A stretch of DNA of 64,000 bases from Candidatus Eiseniibacteriota bacterium (GCA_044223005.1 JBGAML010000015.1:56385-120384), one strand, 5' to 3'. Positions 47,840-58,500 are shown, counted from the stretch's first letter. The notes: generated by a model from the letters alone, not told the origin. Made by a program: numbers and translations.

Positions 47840-50338
47840 ATGAGACGGTTGACGACCACGCTCCTCGCCCTGCTGCTGCTGGGCGTCGCGCTCCCCGCGC
47901 GAGCGTTCGTGCCGCAGACGATCAACGTCGACGGCGTGAACGATTTCGATGCGTCGAACCTGCTGCGTGACGATCGCAACGACACGCAGACGAACTGCTC
48001 GCCGGCCGCACTGCCGATGGATCTCGGCCGGATCTACATGACGAACGACGCGAACTACCTCTACATCGGCATCGAGTTCGCGCAGACCTGCTACTGCGAC
48101 ATGAACCTGGGGCTCGCGTTCAACACCACCGGCGCGACCGGTGGCGGCACGACCGATCCCTTCGGCCGCAAGATCGGCTGGGCCAACGTCACGACCAAGC
48201 CCAACTGGGTGATCTACGACGTCACGCCGACGAGCTGCAACACCTTCAACTACGAAGTGCTCTACCGCGACACGCTCGGCACGTGGCAGAACCGCTCGAC
48301 GCTGCTGGTGCCCGGCTACACCACGGGCGCGAACGGCCTCGGCATCGTGGACAGCCTGAACTTCAAGGAACTCAAGATCCCGCTCTCGCTGTTCGGCTTG
48401 AGTGCGGGCAACACGCTCAACTGCGAGTTCTGGGTCACGCAGGAAGGCACGACCAAGGGGCCGCTGGACGCGTTCTACAGCAGCGACGTCCAGATGTCTC
48501 ACGTCGGCGCCACGACCTACGACACGTCCGCCGTCGTGCAGATGACGCAAATGGGCGCGTACGTGGTGCAGAGCGCGGTCGACAACGCGCCGCCGACGGT
48601 GACGGGGACGGTCGCGACGGGCTTCAGCGTCCTGCCGAACAAGCAGTTCTCGCTCATCACGAACAAGATCGACGTGCAGTTCAGCGAGCCCGTCGACCTG
48701 ACGACGGCGCAGACCACGGGCAACTACGCGTTCACGGGTCCGGTGTCGCGCAGCATCATCAGCGCCATCCGTGACGCCGGTTCGTCGAGCCTCGTGCACC
48801 TGACGCTCAACTCGTCGATCGCCGCGAACGCCGCGCCCTACACGATCACCGTGACCGGCGTGAAGGACTTCGCGAACAACACGATCGTGAACAACGGCAC
48901 CACCAACGCCGCCGGCTTCTTCATCCAGTCGGTCACCTTCAACGGCGACTTCCGCCTCGGTCTGTGCAACGGTTCGTTCGCGGTGACCGACACGTTCGCG
49001 GTCGAAGGCAGCGTCGCGCCGCTGACGTTCCAGCTCTGCGACAACGCCGTCATGACGGACGCGAACGCGGACTCCATCTACACGGTGACCGTGCCGTTCT
49101 GCCTGCCGCGCGACGCGGGTACGGGCAAGGGCACGGCGACGCTCGAGTGGAAGTTCACGAACAAGTGCACGACCTACGAGCCGCTGGGTTCGAACCGCAT
49201 CTACGCGCTGAACAGCGACAACGGCGCGACGCCGACGGTGAGCGCGGCCTGGAACAACGACGACCCGGCGAACTTCATCGCCCACCCGGTCGACGTGATC
49301 TTCAAGGTCGACGCGAGCCGCTTCAATCCCACCGGCAGCGACGTCGTCACGCTGCTCGGCAGTGCGGCGCCGCTGCACTTCACGCAGCCCGGCGTCGCCA
49401 TGCTCGACAACGGCGTGGCGCCCGACGCGGTGGCCGGCGACAAGGTCTACACGGCCCGTGTCACGTTCCCGTCGTGCGCCCCGAAGAACGTCGACTGGAA
49501 GGTCGACTTCAACGGCGTCATCGAGTGCACCGGCCAGGGCAACCGCAACGTCTACCTGAACGACGCGCTCTTCAGCTCGGCCAACCCGATCGTGCTGCCC
49601 GCGCGCGGCATCGATCGCTGCAACGTGACCGACAAGCCGATCACGGTCGTCTTCAAGGTCAACATGCAGAAGTGGACGCCGCTGCCGGCGGCGCCCGCGG
49701 ACACCGTCGCCGTGAAGGGCAGCGTGGCCCCGCTGTCGTGGGGCTGGCCGCCGGCGTCGGACGCCGTCATGGCCGACAACGGTGCCGGCTACGACACGAA
49801 GGCGAACGACGGCTGGTTCACGAAGGCCGTGACGTTCCCGGATTCGACGCCGACCTACGTCGAGTTCAAGTACGCGTACAAGAAAGCGTCGTTCGCGACT
49901 GACTCGCTCGAGTGCTTCCTGATCGCGAACCGCTCCCTCACGCTGGACGACCAGCTCTACTCGGTCGGCTCGCCGATGGTGCGCCTGCTGAACGTGTGGG
50001 ACTACTGCAGCGATCCGACCGCGATCCTTCCGGAGCCGGTCGTGCCGCACACGGGTGACGCGTTCGGCGTCCTGCGTTCGGTCATGCCGAACCCGGTGGC
50101 CCGCCAGGCGAGCTTCGCGTTCGAGCTCTTCCGCAGCGGCCCCGTGACGTTCCGCGTCTACGACGTGACCGGCCGCCGCGTGGCCCAGCTCGTGAACGGC
50201 AACATGTCCGCGGGCGTCCACACGCTGACGTGGGACGGCCGTGGCGATTCCGGCGTCCGCCTCGCGAGCGGCGTGTACATGTACGAGGTCGCCATGGGCG
50301 GTGCGCGCATGTCGCGCCGCATGATCCTCGTGCACTGA
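47840..50338 (+). CDS. Large secreted non-catalytic multidomain protein: DOMON-like, Ig-like, three CBM20-like modules, FlgD-Ig C-terminus
   Basis: Signal peptide (ARA); NDANYLYIG, VQFSEPVD, three V.F....V.GS.APL modules, DNG..PDAVAGD.VYT, PNP..YDVTGRRV..WDGRGDSG..LASGVY. Confidence 0.7.
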   Translation: MRRLTTTLLALLLLGVALPARAFVPQTINVDGVNDFDASNLLRDDRNDTQTNCSPAALPMDLGRIYMTNDANYLYIGIEFAQTCYCDMNLGLAFNTTGATGGGTTDPFGRKIGWANVTTKPNWVIYDVTPTSCNTFNYEVLYRDTLGTWQNRSTLLVPGYTTGANGLGIVDSLNFKELKIPLSLFGLSAGNTLNCEFWVTQEGTTKGPLDAFYSSDVQMSHVGATTYDTSAVVQMTQMGAYVVQSAVDNAPPTVTGTVATGFSVLPNKQFSLITNKIDVQFSEPVDLTTAQTTGNYAFTGPVSRSIISAIRDAGSSSLVHLTLNSSIAANAAPYTITVTGVKDFANNTIVNNGTTNAAGFFIQSVTFNGDFRLGLCNGSFAVTDTFAVEGSVAPLTFQLCDNAVMTDANADSIYTVTVPFCLPRDAGTGKGTATLEWKFTNKCTTYEPLGSNRIYALNSDNGATPTVSAAWNNDDPANFIAHPVDVIFKVDASRFNPTGSDVVTLLGSAAPLHFTQPGVAMLDNGVAPDAVAGDKVYTARVTFPSCAPKNVDWKVDFNGVIECTGQGNRNVYLNDALFSSANPIVLPARGIDRCNVTDKPITVVFKVNMQKWTPLPAAPADTVAVKGSVAPLSWGWPPASDAVMADNGAGYDTKANDGWFTKAVTFPDSTPTYVEFKYAYKKASFATDSLECFLIANRSLTLDDQLYSVGSPMVRLLNVWDYCSDPTAILPEPVVPHTGDAFGVLRSVMPNPVARQASFAFELFRSGPVTFRVYDVTGRRVAQLVNGNMSAGVHTLTWDGRGDSGVRLASGVYMYEVAMGGARMSRRMILVH

Positions 50339-50350
50339 TGTGGTTCCGCT

Positions 50351-50380
50351 GTGAGGTCCGGGTCGCGGCCCGGACCTCAC
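50351..50380 (+). terminator. Hairpin after the 47840 gene
   Basis: GTGAGGTCCGGG-TCGCGG-CCCGGACCTCAC. Confidence 0.55.
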
Positions 50381-50417
50381 GGGCGGCTCTTCCGCGTGCA
50401 AATCGCCCGATTCGGGC

Positions 50418-50450
50418 GCTTGCCGGGGAGGGGCGAAGCGGTGATAAACT
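50418..50450 (+). promoter_or_regulatory. Putative promoter (extended -10 TGaTAAACT), same architecture as 30774-30806
   Basis: GCTTGC-N14-GCGGTGATAAACT upstream of 50533. Confidence 0.5.
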
Positions 50451-50532
50451 CTTGTCGGTCCGTGTCACAACGTCCCCGCCGGATCCCCCACGGGGGCACA
50501 GTCCACAGCATCATCCGAGGAGGACCTCATCC

Positions 50533-51234
50533 ATGAAGAAGCTCGTTACTCTCTCCCTCGTCCTGCTCGCCTTCTCGGCGGTCGCGGCCCTCGCCGCGGG
50601 TCCGTTCTACGCCCGCGGTGGCTACTACGACGCCGGCTGGAGCGCGGACGCGGGTAACCAGCTGAACGAAGGACCCGCGGGCGTGTTCACGCGCGCGATC
50701 GCGTCGCCGATGGCCGCCGGCTACTACGAAGGCAAGATCGCGCTCGCCGACTGGTCGTCGAGCTGGCCGAACAGCAACCAGCCGATCTTCATCTCCGGCC
50801 CCGGCGACGTCGTGACCTGGACGCTGGACACCAACACGTACGCCGACGGCTGGTCGCCCTCGACCAACATCGCGTACAACGACCACATGGCCACCGGCCT
50901 GACGTTCGAGGTGATCGGTGCCGCGCCCGAGACCGGCGCCTGGGGCTCCGGCGTCGCCGCGACGCTTTCGGGCGGCATCTGGGGCGTGACGATCACGATC
51001 GCGACGCCCGGCACGTACGACGTCAAGTTCCGCAAGACCGGTGACTGGTCGATCAACGTCGGCGCCGACGGCTTCGGCACGAACTCGAACAACTACTCGT
51101 ACACCACCACGATCCCGAACCAGCCCGTGCTCTTCCAGTTCAACGCCACGACCGGCCGCATGCGCGCCCTGGTCGGCGGCGCGACGGGCACGCACGATTC
51201 GTCGTGGGGCACGCTGAAGTCGCTGTACCGCTAG
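50533..51234 (+). CDS. Secreted protein with two X25/SusE-like starch-binding modules and C-terminal SSWGTLKSLYR tail
   Basis: GGAGG RBS, signal peptide (ALA), GYYEGKIA...W..SWP and GTYDVKFR..GDW..NVG modules. Confidence 0.65.
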   Translation: MKKLVTLSLVLLAFSAVAALAAGPFYARGGYYDAGWSADAGNQLNEGPAGVFTRAIASPMAAGYYEGKIALADWSSSWPNSNQPIFISGPGDVVTWTLDTNTYADGWSPSTNIAYNDHMATGLTFEVIGAAPETGAWGSGVAATLSGGIWGVTITIATPGTYDVKFRKTGDWSINVGADGFGTNSNNYSYTTTIPNQPVLFQFNATTGRMRALVGGATGTHDSSWGTLKSLYR

Positions 51235-52452
51235 GTTGTGCTCGGAAGATTGCAGGTGATCGGGGCCCGCACCCTCGTGGTGCGGGCCCCGAGCCGTTCC
51301 CGGGCCTGCCGCTACATCGCGTACTTCCGGAACGCCCGGTCCCCGTTCGGGATCTCGCGCGTCTCGATCTCGCGCCAGTAGTACTGCCGCCACCGCTCCG
51401 GCACCGCGAGCCGCGCGGGGAACAGCCGCCCGTGCAGCATCTCGCGCACCGTCTGCGGCCGGTCCATCAGCTGCAGCCGCATCGCGGGTGTCTCCGTATG
51501 GGCGCGCTCGCTGAAGTACTTGCCGTAGTTCCGCCACACCAGGAACCACCACAGCCGCTCCACCGCCGCCTGCCGACGCTTCGAGAACGCGATCGTCTCG
51601 CGCCGGTGGTTCGCCCCGCAGTGCCGGATCAACATGTCCAGCAGGTTCACCTCGAAGAGCGGGTTGCGAGGGGTGCGAGCCGCCCGTGAGCTGATGGTGT
51701 GGTGGGTGATGGCGTGGTACTTCAGGTGCCGGATCGCGCGCGGGTAGTCGCTGTGCTCGTCCGTCCATAGCTCCAGCGCCTGTACCTGCGGCAGCGTGAG
51801 CTGGAGCAGGCCCGCCACTTCGTGCTCGATGCTGCGCGGGTCGGGGCGGCCCCACTTCTCCTCCAGCTCCGCCCGGCGACGCTTCTGGCGCTTCGTCATC
51901 TGGCCGCTGCGCCGCAGTTCGGAGTCCGCGAAGCCGTAGAAGAAGTGGCTTTCTCGCCCGGCCAGCAGGTGAAAGAGCGTCGGGTGGTACTGGCTGTACT
52001 CGAAGCTCTGGAACGAATCGAGCGCCAGCGGCTCCTGGATCGGGCCCTTGGGGCCGTGTGCCACGTGGTAGAGCAGCGCGTGGCGTCCCAGGCGCGTGGC
52101 GAGGTTCATGATCGACTGGGGCGAGGCCTTGAACTCGCGCGCGATCTGGCGCAGGGCCGAGCCACCCAGGAGCCGGTGCGCGACCGGGATCAGCCGCTTG
52201 GGGAAGCGCAGCCAGTAGGTGGTGGCGAAGGTCTGGGTGGAGAAGTTGCGCCCACAGTGGTCACAGCGGAAACGAGCGATGCGCCGGGGGCTGGCCTGGC
52301 GGGTGTAATAGCCGGCATGGGACCAGCGCCACAAGGCACGTTCAGCCTTGTGGTAGCGACAGCGCGGGTTGGGGCAGAACGGCGGGATGAAGGTCGTCAT
52401 GCCGGAGGATCACTGCACCCCCCGCGCCAACTGCATTCATCCGAGCACAACC
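51234..52452. mobile_element. Insertion sequence (IS1/IS1595-like), about 1.2 kb, with 22-bp imperfect terminal inverted repeats
   Basis: Left GGTTGTGCTCGGAAGATTGCAG (51234-51255); right reverse complement GGTTGTGCTCGGATGAATGCAG (52431-52452); 20/22 match; encloses one transposase-like ORF. Confidence 0.8.
51312..52400 (-). CDS. Putative DDE transposase (Zn ribbon + HTH + catalytic core)
   Basis: CPNPRC...RFRCDHCGRNFS Zn ribbon, LRQIAREF HTH, ALDSF and WTDEH..Y acidic motifs, RRETIAFSK, RNY, TPAMRL. Confidence 0.75.
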   Translation of the reverse strand: MTTFIPPFCPNPRCRYHKAERALWRWSHAGYYTRQASPRRIARFRCDHCGRNFSTQTFATTYWLRFPKRLIPVAHRLLGGSALRQIAREFKASPQSIMNLATRLGRHALLYHVAHGPKGPIQEPLALDSFQSFEYSQYHPTLFHLLAGRESHFFYGFADSELRRSGQMTKRQKRRRAELEEKWGRPDPRSIEHEVAGLLQLTLPQVQALELWTDEHSDYPRAIRHLKYHAITHHTISSRAARTPRNPLFEVNLLDMLIRHCGANHRRETIAFSKRRQAAVERLWWFLVWRNYGKYFSERAHTETPAMRLQLMDRPQTVREMLHGRLFPARLAVPERWRQYYWREIETREIPNGDRAFRKYAM

Positions 52453-52502
52453 CATCGGGCGCGGCCCGCTTTCTGCTGCCGTGCGGCGCGAGGCCGGGGC
52501 GA

Positions 52503-53345
52503 TCAACCCTTCACGCCGCCCAGCGAGAGGCCACTCACGATCCAGCGGTTGAGCGCGATGAAGAGCACCATCACCGGCACGCACACCAGCAGGCTGCCGG
52601 CGGCGTAGTTCGCCCACTCGGTCTGGAACTGCCCGGCGAGGCTCTCGAGGCCCAGCGGCAGCGTGAAGAGGTCCTGGCGCGAGATCACGATGCGGGCGAC
52701 GAGGAACTCCGACCACGCGCTCATGAACGAGAAGAGCGCGGTGATCGCCAGCGCGGGCAGCGCGAGGGGCAGCGTCACCTGCGTGAAGGCCTGCCAGGGA
52801 CCGCAACCGTCGATGAGGGCGGCCTGTTCCAGCTCGACGGGGATCGTGTCGTAGTAGCCGCGCATGGTCCACACGCAGAAGGGCAGGGCCGTGGCGGTGT
52901 ACGCGACGACGAGCCCGGCGAACGTGTCGAGCAGGTGCAGGTTCTTCATGAGCACGTAGAGCGGCAGCATCAGCATCGTCGCCGGGAACATCTGCGTGAG
53001 CAGGAAGATGTAGAGGCCCTGCGCGCGGCCGGGGAAGCGGAAGCGCGAGAACGCGTACGCGGCCGTGGACGCCAGCGTCACGCCGAGCAGGGTGACGCTG
53101 GCGGCGACCACGAACGAATTCCGCAGCCACAGCAGGAACGGCTTCTCGAACAGCATGGTGCGGTACGCGTGCAGCGACGCGCCGGCGGGGATCAGGGCCA
53201 GCGACGTGGAGTAGAGCTGGTCACCCGGGCGGAGCGAGATCGTCACGATCTGCAGGATCGGGTAGACCGTGGCGGCGGTGAACAGCACCAGGAACAGGTG
53301 CACGAGCACGCGGCCCGGCGTCCAGAAGCCCTTGCGCCGGCTCAT
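52503..53345 (-). CDS. malG: Maltose/maltodextrin ABC permease (MalG type)
   Basis: WLRNS, AYAFSRFRFPGR, QMFP, EAA loop YDTIPVELEQAALIDG, GLSLGGVKG end. Confidence 0.88.
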   Translation of the reverse strand: MSRRKGFWTPGRVLVHLFLVLFTAATVYPILQIVTISLRPGDQLYSTSLALIPAGASLHAYRTMLFEKPFLLWLRNSFVVAASVTLLGVTLASTAAYAFSRFRFPGRAQGLYIFLLTQMFPATMLMLPLYVLMKNLHLLDTFAGLVVAYTATALPFCVWTMRGYYDTIPVELEQAALIDGCGPWQAFTQVTLPLALPALAITALFSFMSAWSEFLVARIVISRQDLFTLPLGLESLAGQFQTEWANYAAGSLLVCVPVMVLFIALNRWIVSGLSLGGVKG

Positions 53346-54229
53346 GCCGCGGCCTCCTTCTCCTTCGGCGACGTCTTGCGCATCACGTAGATCACGAACC
53401 CGAGCAGCAGCAGGAAGACCACCACCGAGAACGCGGCGGCGTACGAGTAGCGCGAGTACGTGAACGCCACCTTGTAGATGTACGTGACGAGGATGTGCGT
53501 CGAGTCGGCGGGCTGGCCGCCCTGGGAGACGAGCCACACGACGAGCGTGTTGTTGAACGTCCAGATCGTGCCGAGCAGCACGGCGGGCACGAGCACCGGG
53601 GCCAGCGACGGCAGCGTGATCTTCGTGAACTTCTGCCAGCCGTTCGCGCCGTCGAGGTCGGCGGCCTCGTAGAGCTCGGCGGGGATCGACGTGAGCCCGC
53701 CCAGCGCCACGACCATCATGAACGGGAAGCCGAGCCAGATGTTCGTGAGGATCGGGGCGGTGAACGCCCACACGGGATCCGACAGCCACGGCACGGGCGG
53801 CAGGTGGAACCACTGCTTGAGCATCAGGTTGATGGCGCCGTAGTCGTAGTTGAACATCCCGCGCCAGGTCAGCGCCGAAATGTACTGCGGCATGGCCCAC
53901 GGCAGGATGAGCAGCGTGCGGAAGAACGTGCGGCCGCGCACGGGACCGTTGAGCAGCACCGCGAGCAGCACGCCGAGCCCGACGTGGAACACCATGTTGG
54001 CGGCGGTCCAGACGAGCGACTTGGCGAGCATGGTGTAGAAGACGGGCTCGGCGAGGATCGTGCGGAACTGCTCGAGCCCCACGAACTCGTGGTTCCGGAA
54101 GTGGTAGAGGCTCATGTTCCGGAACGCGAGCCAGAAGCTGTACCCGAGCGGGAACAGCACCACCGCCAGCATCACGATCGTGGCCGGCAGCAGCAGCGTG
54201 TAGGGGAACGAGCGGTTCGCGCGCAGCAT
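53342..54229 (-). CDS. malF: Maltose/maltodextrin ABC permease (MalF type)
   Basis: FVGLE, LILPWAMP, NIWLGFPFMM, IPAELYEAADLDGA. Confidence 0.88.
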   Translation of the reverse strand: MLRANRSFPYTLLLPATIVMLAVVLFPLGYSFWLAFRNMSLYHFRNHEFVGLEQFRTILAEPVFYTMLAKSLVWTAANMVFHVGLGVLLAVLLNGPVRGRTFFRTLLILPWAMPQYISALTWRGMFNYDYGAINLMLKQWFHLPPVPWLSDPVWAFTAPILTNIWLGFPFMMVVALGGLTSIPAELYEAADLDGANGWQKFTKITLPSLAPVLVPAVLLGTIWTFNNTLVVWLVSQGGQPADSTHILVTYIYKVAFTYSRYSYAAAFSVVVFLLLLGFVIYVMRKTSPKEKEAAA

Positions 54230-54235
54230 GGTGCC

Positions 54236-55471
54236 TCAGCGCTTCATGCCGGCGATCTGCTGCTCGGCCGCGGCCTGCATCTCCTTCGCCGCGGCGTCCG
54301 GCGTCTTGGAGCCGTTCATCACCGCCTGCAGGCCGGGGCGCATCACGTCCCAGATCACGCGCATCTCCGGCACCACCGGCATGCGGCGCCCGAGCTCGAT
54401 GCCGCGCTGCGACGCCTGCAGGATCGCGTCGTTGCGGATCACCGGCGAGTTCCACGCCTCCTGGTTGCTCGGGAGCGTGCCCAGCGTGTCGGCGGCCAGC
54501 AGTTCGGCCGGGGCCGAGGTGCAGTAGTCGACGAAGTCGATCGCGGTGGGCAACAGGTCCTTCGGGCAGTTGACGTTGATCGAGTAGCCCTTGCTCGCGG
54601 TCATCGGCGTGGCGCGCCCGCCGCCGGGCAGCGCCCACAGCGGCTCGATGCCGATGTCGATGCCGGCCTTGCGGTAGTCGGCCCACGACCAGGGACCGTT
54701 GATGATCATCGCCGACTTGCCTTCCTGGAACAGCGTGTGCGCGTTCTGGTAGTTCGATTCGCGCGGCATGATGCCCTGGCGGTTCTTGAGGTCGGCGAGG
54801 TACGCGAGCGCCTGGCGCATCGCGGGCGTGTCGAGCGTGGGGTGGTGCTGCGCGTCCATCACCCAGCCGCCGAAGCCCGCGAGGAAGGGCGCGAGCCAGT
54901 AGGGCTCGGTCGTCTCCATCGCGAAGCCGTACGCGCCGTCCTTCGTCAGCTTCTTCGCGATCGCGACGAACTCGGCGCTGGTGGTCGGCGGCGTGGGCAC
55001 GAGCTTCTTGTTGTAGACCAGCATCAGGTGATTGCCGATCTGGTCGGGCGCCTGCCAGACATGGCCGTTCAGCGTGTCGAGCGCCTGCGGGATGAAGCGG
55101 TCGAAGAAGCCCTTCGGCATCGTCTGGTCAAGCGGCTGGATCAGCTCGAGCAGCGACAGCGGGCCGACCTGGTCCGAGGGCCCGAAGATGATCGTGGGGC
55201 CGCCGCCACCGGCCGCGGCGGTCTGGAACGTCTGCCGCAGGTTCTCGGTGTCGTAGGGGACGTTCTGGATCGTCACACCCGGGTGCGCCGCCTGGTAGGC
55301 GGCGATGTTGCGCTCGAAGCGGCTGCGTTCCTGCGGATCCATCTGCGACCAGACGACGAGCGTTTTCGCGCCGGTGGCGGCCTTCTTGGGCGCGCAGCCG
55401 GCGACGACGAGCACGAGTGCGGTGAGGCACGTGGCCAGGGCGGCGAACCGCGACAGGGGCGTGCGGAACAT
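54236..55471 (-). CDS. malE: Maltodextrin-binding lipoprotein (MalE/CUT1 family)
   Basis: Lipobox VAGC, GGGP....PSDQVG, LVYNKKL, MIINGPW, MPVVPEM..IW; GGAGG RBS. Confidence 0.85.
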   Translation of the reverse strand: MFRTPLSRFAALATCLTALVLVVAGCAPKKAATGAKTLVVWSQMDPQERSRFERNIAAYQAAHPGVTIQNVPYDTENLRQTFQTAAAGGGGPTIIFGPSDQVGPLSLLELIQPLDQTMPKGFFDRFIPQALDTLNGHVWQAPDQIGNHLMLVYNKKLVPTPPTTSAEFVAIAKKLTKDGAYGFAMETTEPYWLAPFLAGFGGWVMDAQHHPTLDTPAMRQALAYLADLKNRQGIMPRESNYQNAHTLFQEGKSAMIINGPWSWADYRKAGIDIGIEPLWALPGGGRATPMTASKGYSINVNCPKDLLPTAIDFVDYCTSAPAELLAADTLGTLPSNQEAWNSPVIRNDAILQASQRGIELGRRMPVVPEMRVIWDVMRPGLQAVMNGSKTPDAAAKEMQAAAEQQIAGMKR

Positions 55472-55575
55472 CGGCATCCTCCGTGGGCCCGCCCGAGGGC
55501 GGGGGAGAAGGACGATGCGGCGCACGGGGTTCGCGCGCCGCATCGGGCAGTCGATCCGCTGTTCGAGCGGGTCGA

Positions 55576-58500
55576 TCAGGGCATCAGGATCAGCCGGCGG
55601 GACTGCTGCGTAGCGCCGCGGGAGAGTCGCACGAAGTAAAGGCCCGGTGCAAGACGACGGCCTCCGTCGTCGTGTCCATCGAGCGTCACGGAGTACTCGC
55701 CCGGCATCTGCGCGCCGTCGACGAGCGTGCGCACGCGGCGTCCGCCGAGATCGAAGAGCGCGAGCGATACCGGCAACGCTTCGCCACTGCCGCCCGGCAG
55801 GCGGTAGGCGAGGCTCGCGTGGCCGTCCCGCGTCGGGTTGGGCCAGGGCGCGACCAGTTCGAGCACGCGCGGGATGCCGGCCGCCGGGTCCACCGACACC
55901 GGCGGGCCCTGGAACGCGGCCGACAGCACGCCGGCGACGTTCTGGAAGCACGACGCGTCGGCGACGCCGGTCGCCACGACGGTGTACGGCACGTACGACA
56001 TGTGCGACACGACGAGCCGCACCTGCGTGTTCCCCGGCAGGAGGGTCGCGCTCTTCACGGTGAGCGTCGCGGTCGGATTGCCGGTCTGGTAGATCGCGTA
56101 GCGGGACACCTGCGTCGCGGTCGCGACCGAGAGCGGTTCGGAGAACTGCAGCACGACCATGCTGTCCCAGCCCGCGGTCACCGCCGACGCCAGCGCGGGC
56201 GGCGTGCGGTCGATCGCGTCCGGGAGCCCGTCGTTGTTCGCGTCGATCGTGACGAGCGTGCGGTTGTCGATCGCCGGGGCCACCGCGGACACGTTGTTGG
56301 GCGCCTGGTCGCCGCCCAGTTCGCCGCTCGGTTCGGGATCCCACGCCAGCGACGCGACCATGCCGAGCGTCGCGCCCGTGGGCACGTGGCCTCCGCCGAG
56401 GCCGTAGAGCGTGTTCCACGGGATCGCGAGCTCGCTGCCGCCGTCGAGCCCGAAGCTGTGGCCCGGGTCGAACGCCTTGAGGATCGAGTCGGTGTAGTTC
56501 GCGGTCGTCGTCGCCGACAGGATCCGGAAGAACGACTGGCTGTCGAACCCGCCCTGGTGCTGGTAGGCGCCCAACTCCCAGTCCGGCTTGAAGCCGCTCG
56601 CCGAGAACGTCGCCCCGCGCTCCCACGCGTTGATCGCGCGCAGGTCGGTCTGGCCGTTGGGGCCGCCGGGATCGGTGTCGAGGTACAGCAGCCACGAGTT
56701 GCCCGTCGCCACGCCGCGCACGCCGAGATAGAGGTAGGTGCTGTCCCACGTCGCGTACAGCGCCTGGATCTCGTTGGTGATGTTGTTCGGCGCCGCGTTC
56801 CAGCCGGAGTCGAACGAATCGGCCACCGCCATGGTGCACGCCGGCCATTCGGACGGATCGAAGCGGCCGTCGAGCGTGACCAGGGTGGGCGGGCCGTACG
56901 ACACCGGCACGTTCCCGGTGTGGTCGAGCGCGGCGACGAGGTTGCCCGCGGCGTCGCGGACGGCGCCGGCGGCGAGCACCAGCTCGAGCGCGTTCTTGTT
57001 CGCCAGCCCCGCGAACACGGCCGCGACGGCGTTCGAGACCTGGATCGTCAGCGTGGCGGAGTTGCCCACGGTGAGCACGCTGCAGCCGGCGTCGAGCGTC
57101 ACGTCGGCGACGCCATCGTCGTTGGCGTCGATCGCGATGCCGGTCAGCGTCACGACGCCCGCCTGCACGGGTTCGTCGAACGTGAGCGCGAGCTGCTTCG
57201 TGGCGGGGAAGTAGGTACCGCGCACGGCCTCGGGCGGCAGCTGGTCCGTGAGCGCGGCGGCGAGCGGCTCGAGTTCGGCGACGTGGCCCTGGCCGTCGGG
57301 CGCGGACGTGGCGCCCGCGTAGAGGTAGAACTCGAACTTCTGCGAGCCCTGGATCTCGTCGACCTTCATGAGCGTCGACTGGTAGTTGAGGTTGTGCTGC
57401 GCGCCGCCGTTGCCCAGCACGTACGCGGCCGTCGCGCCGGTGTTGGGGTTGCGCTGGCCCATGTACGTCCTGTTGCCGCCGCCCCAGATGCGGTCCATGC
57501 GCGCGTTGTAGAGCAGGTCGACCACGTCGGGCGAGAAGCCGCTCTGCACGTACTCCGTCGTCGCGCCCACCTTGTAGATGCAGTCGAGGTAGGGCTGGCC
57601 GCTCGTGAGCTTCACGACCTTGGTGAGCCCGGAGTGCGTGAACGACGCCTGGACGGTCGCACCGGAAGCGGCGTCGACGTGCATGGCGTAGTAGTCGTTC
57701 TGCGTGTTGGGGCCCACGTCGGAGAGCCCGGCCATGTGGTTCACGTCGTTGTAGTCGCCCTCGGTCCCGGCCCAGTAGGCGTTGTCGATGCCGATCACGG
57801 AGTAGCCGTAGCCGGTGCCCTTGGCGAAGAGCTGGGTGCAGCGGCCGCCGATCGACTCGAACACCGCCATCACGCGGTCGTTGTACATCACCATCTCGTT
57901 GTTGCCGTCGCCGTCGATGTCCGACAGGTAGCAGCCGGTCGGATTCGCGTACTGGCCGCCGGCCCAGCGTGCCGCCTCGGCGTAAACAAGCGCGTTCTTG
58001 ATGTGCGCCGAGTACTGGCGCTCCCAGCCCGACAGCTGGCCGCCGAGGCCGTCGTGCCACGCGGTCTCGTGCAGGTTGGTCATGAGCACGTACCAGCCGG
58101 TCTCGCGGATGCCGTTGTCGGGCGCGGCCTGCAGCGCCGCGTGGGCGTCGTTCCAGAGCTGGCCGTGGTTGCGGCAGTTGCCGCCGCCGCCGCAGCCTCC
58201 GGTGCCGTTGCCGCCGGTGGTGTAAGGCACGAAGCCCGCCCAGTCCGTGTACCAGGCGTTGTTGTTGCCGCCGTAGCCGTTCACGTCACCGATGCCGCCG
58301 TAGGTGCCGTACGTGGGAGTGAACGTGTCGCCGTTGAAGTCGGGGTTGCCGAGCGCGGCGTCGAGCTTCCACGTGTGCAGCCACGCGCTCTCGGTCGAGC
58401 ACTTGTCGATCATCCACTGGTAGGTGCCGAACGCGTACGGGAACGTGTTCTGCCAGCCGCCCACGGCGGCCGCCATCTCCCAGTCGTCCGCGTAGACGGT

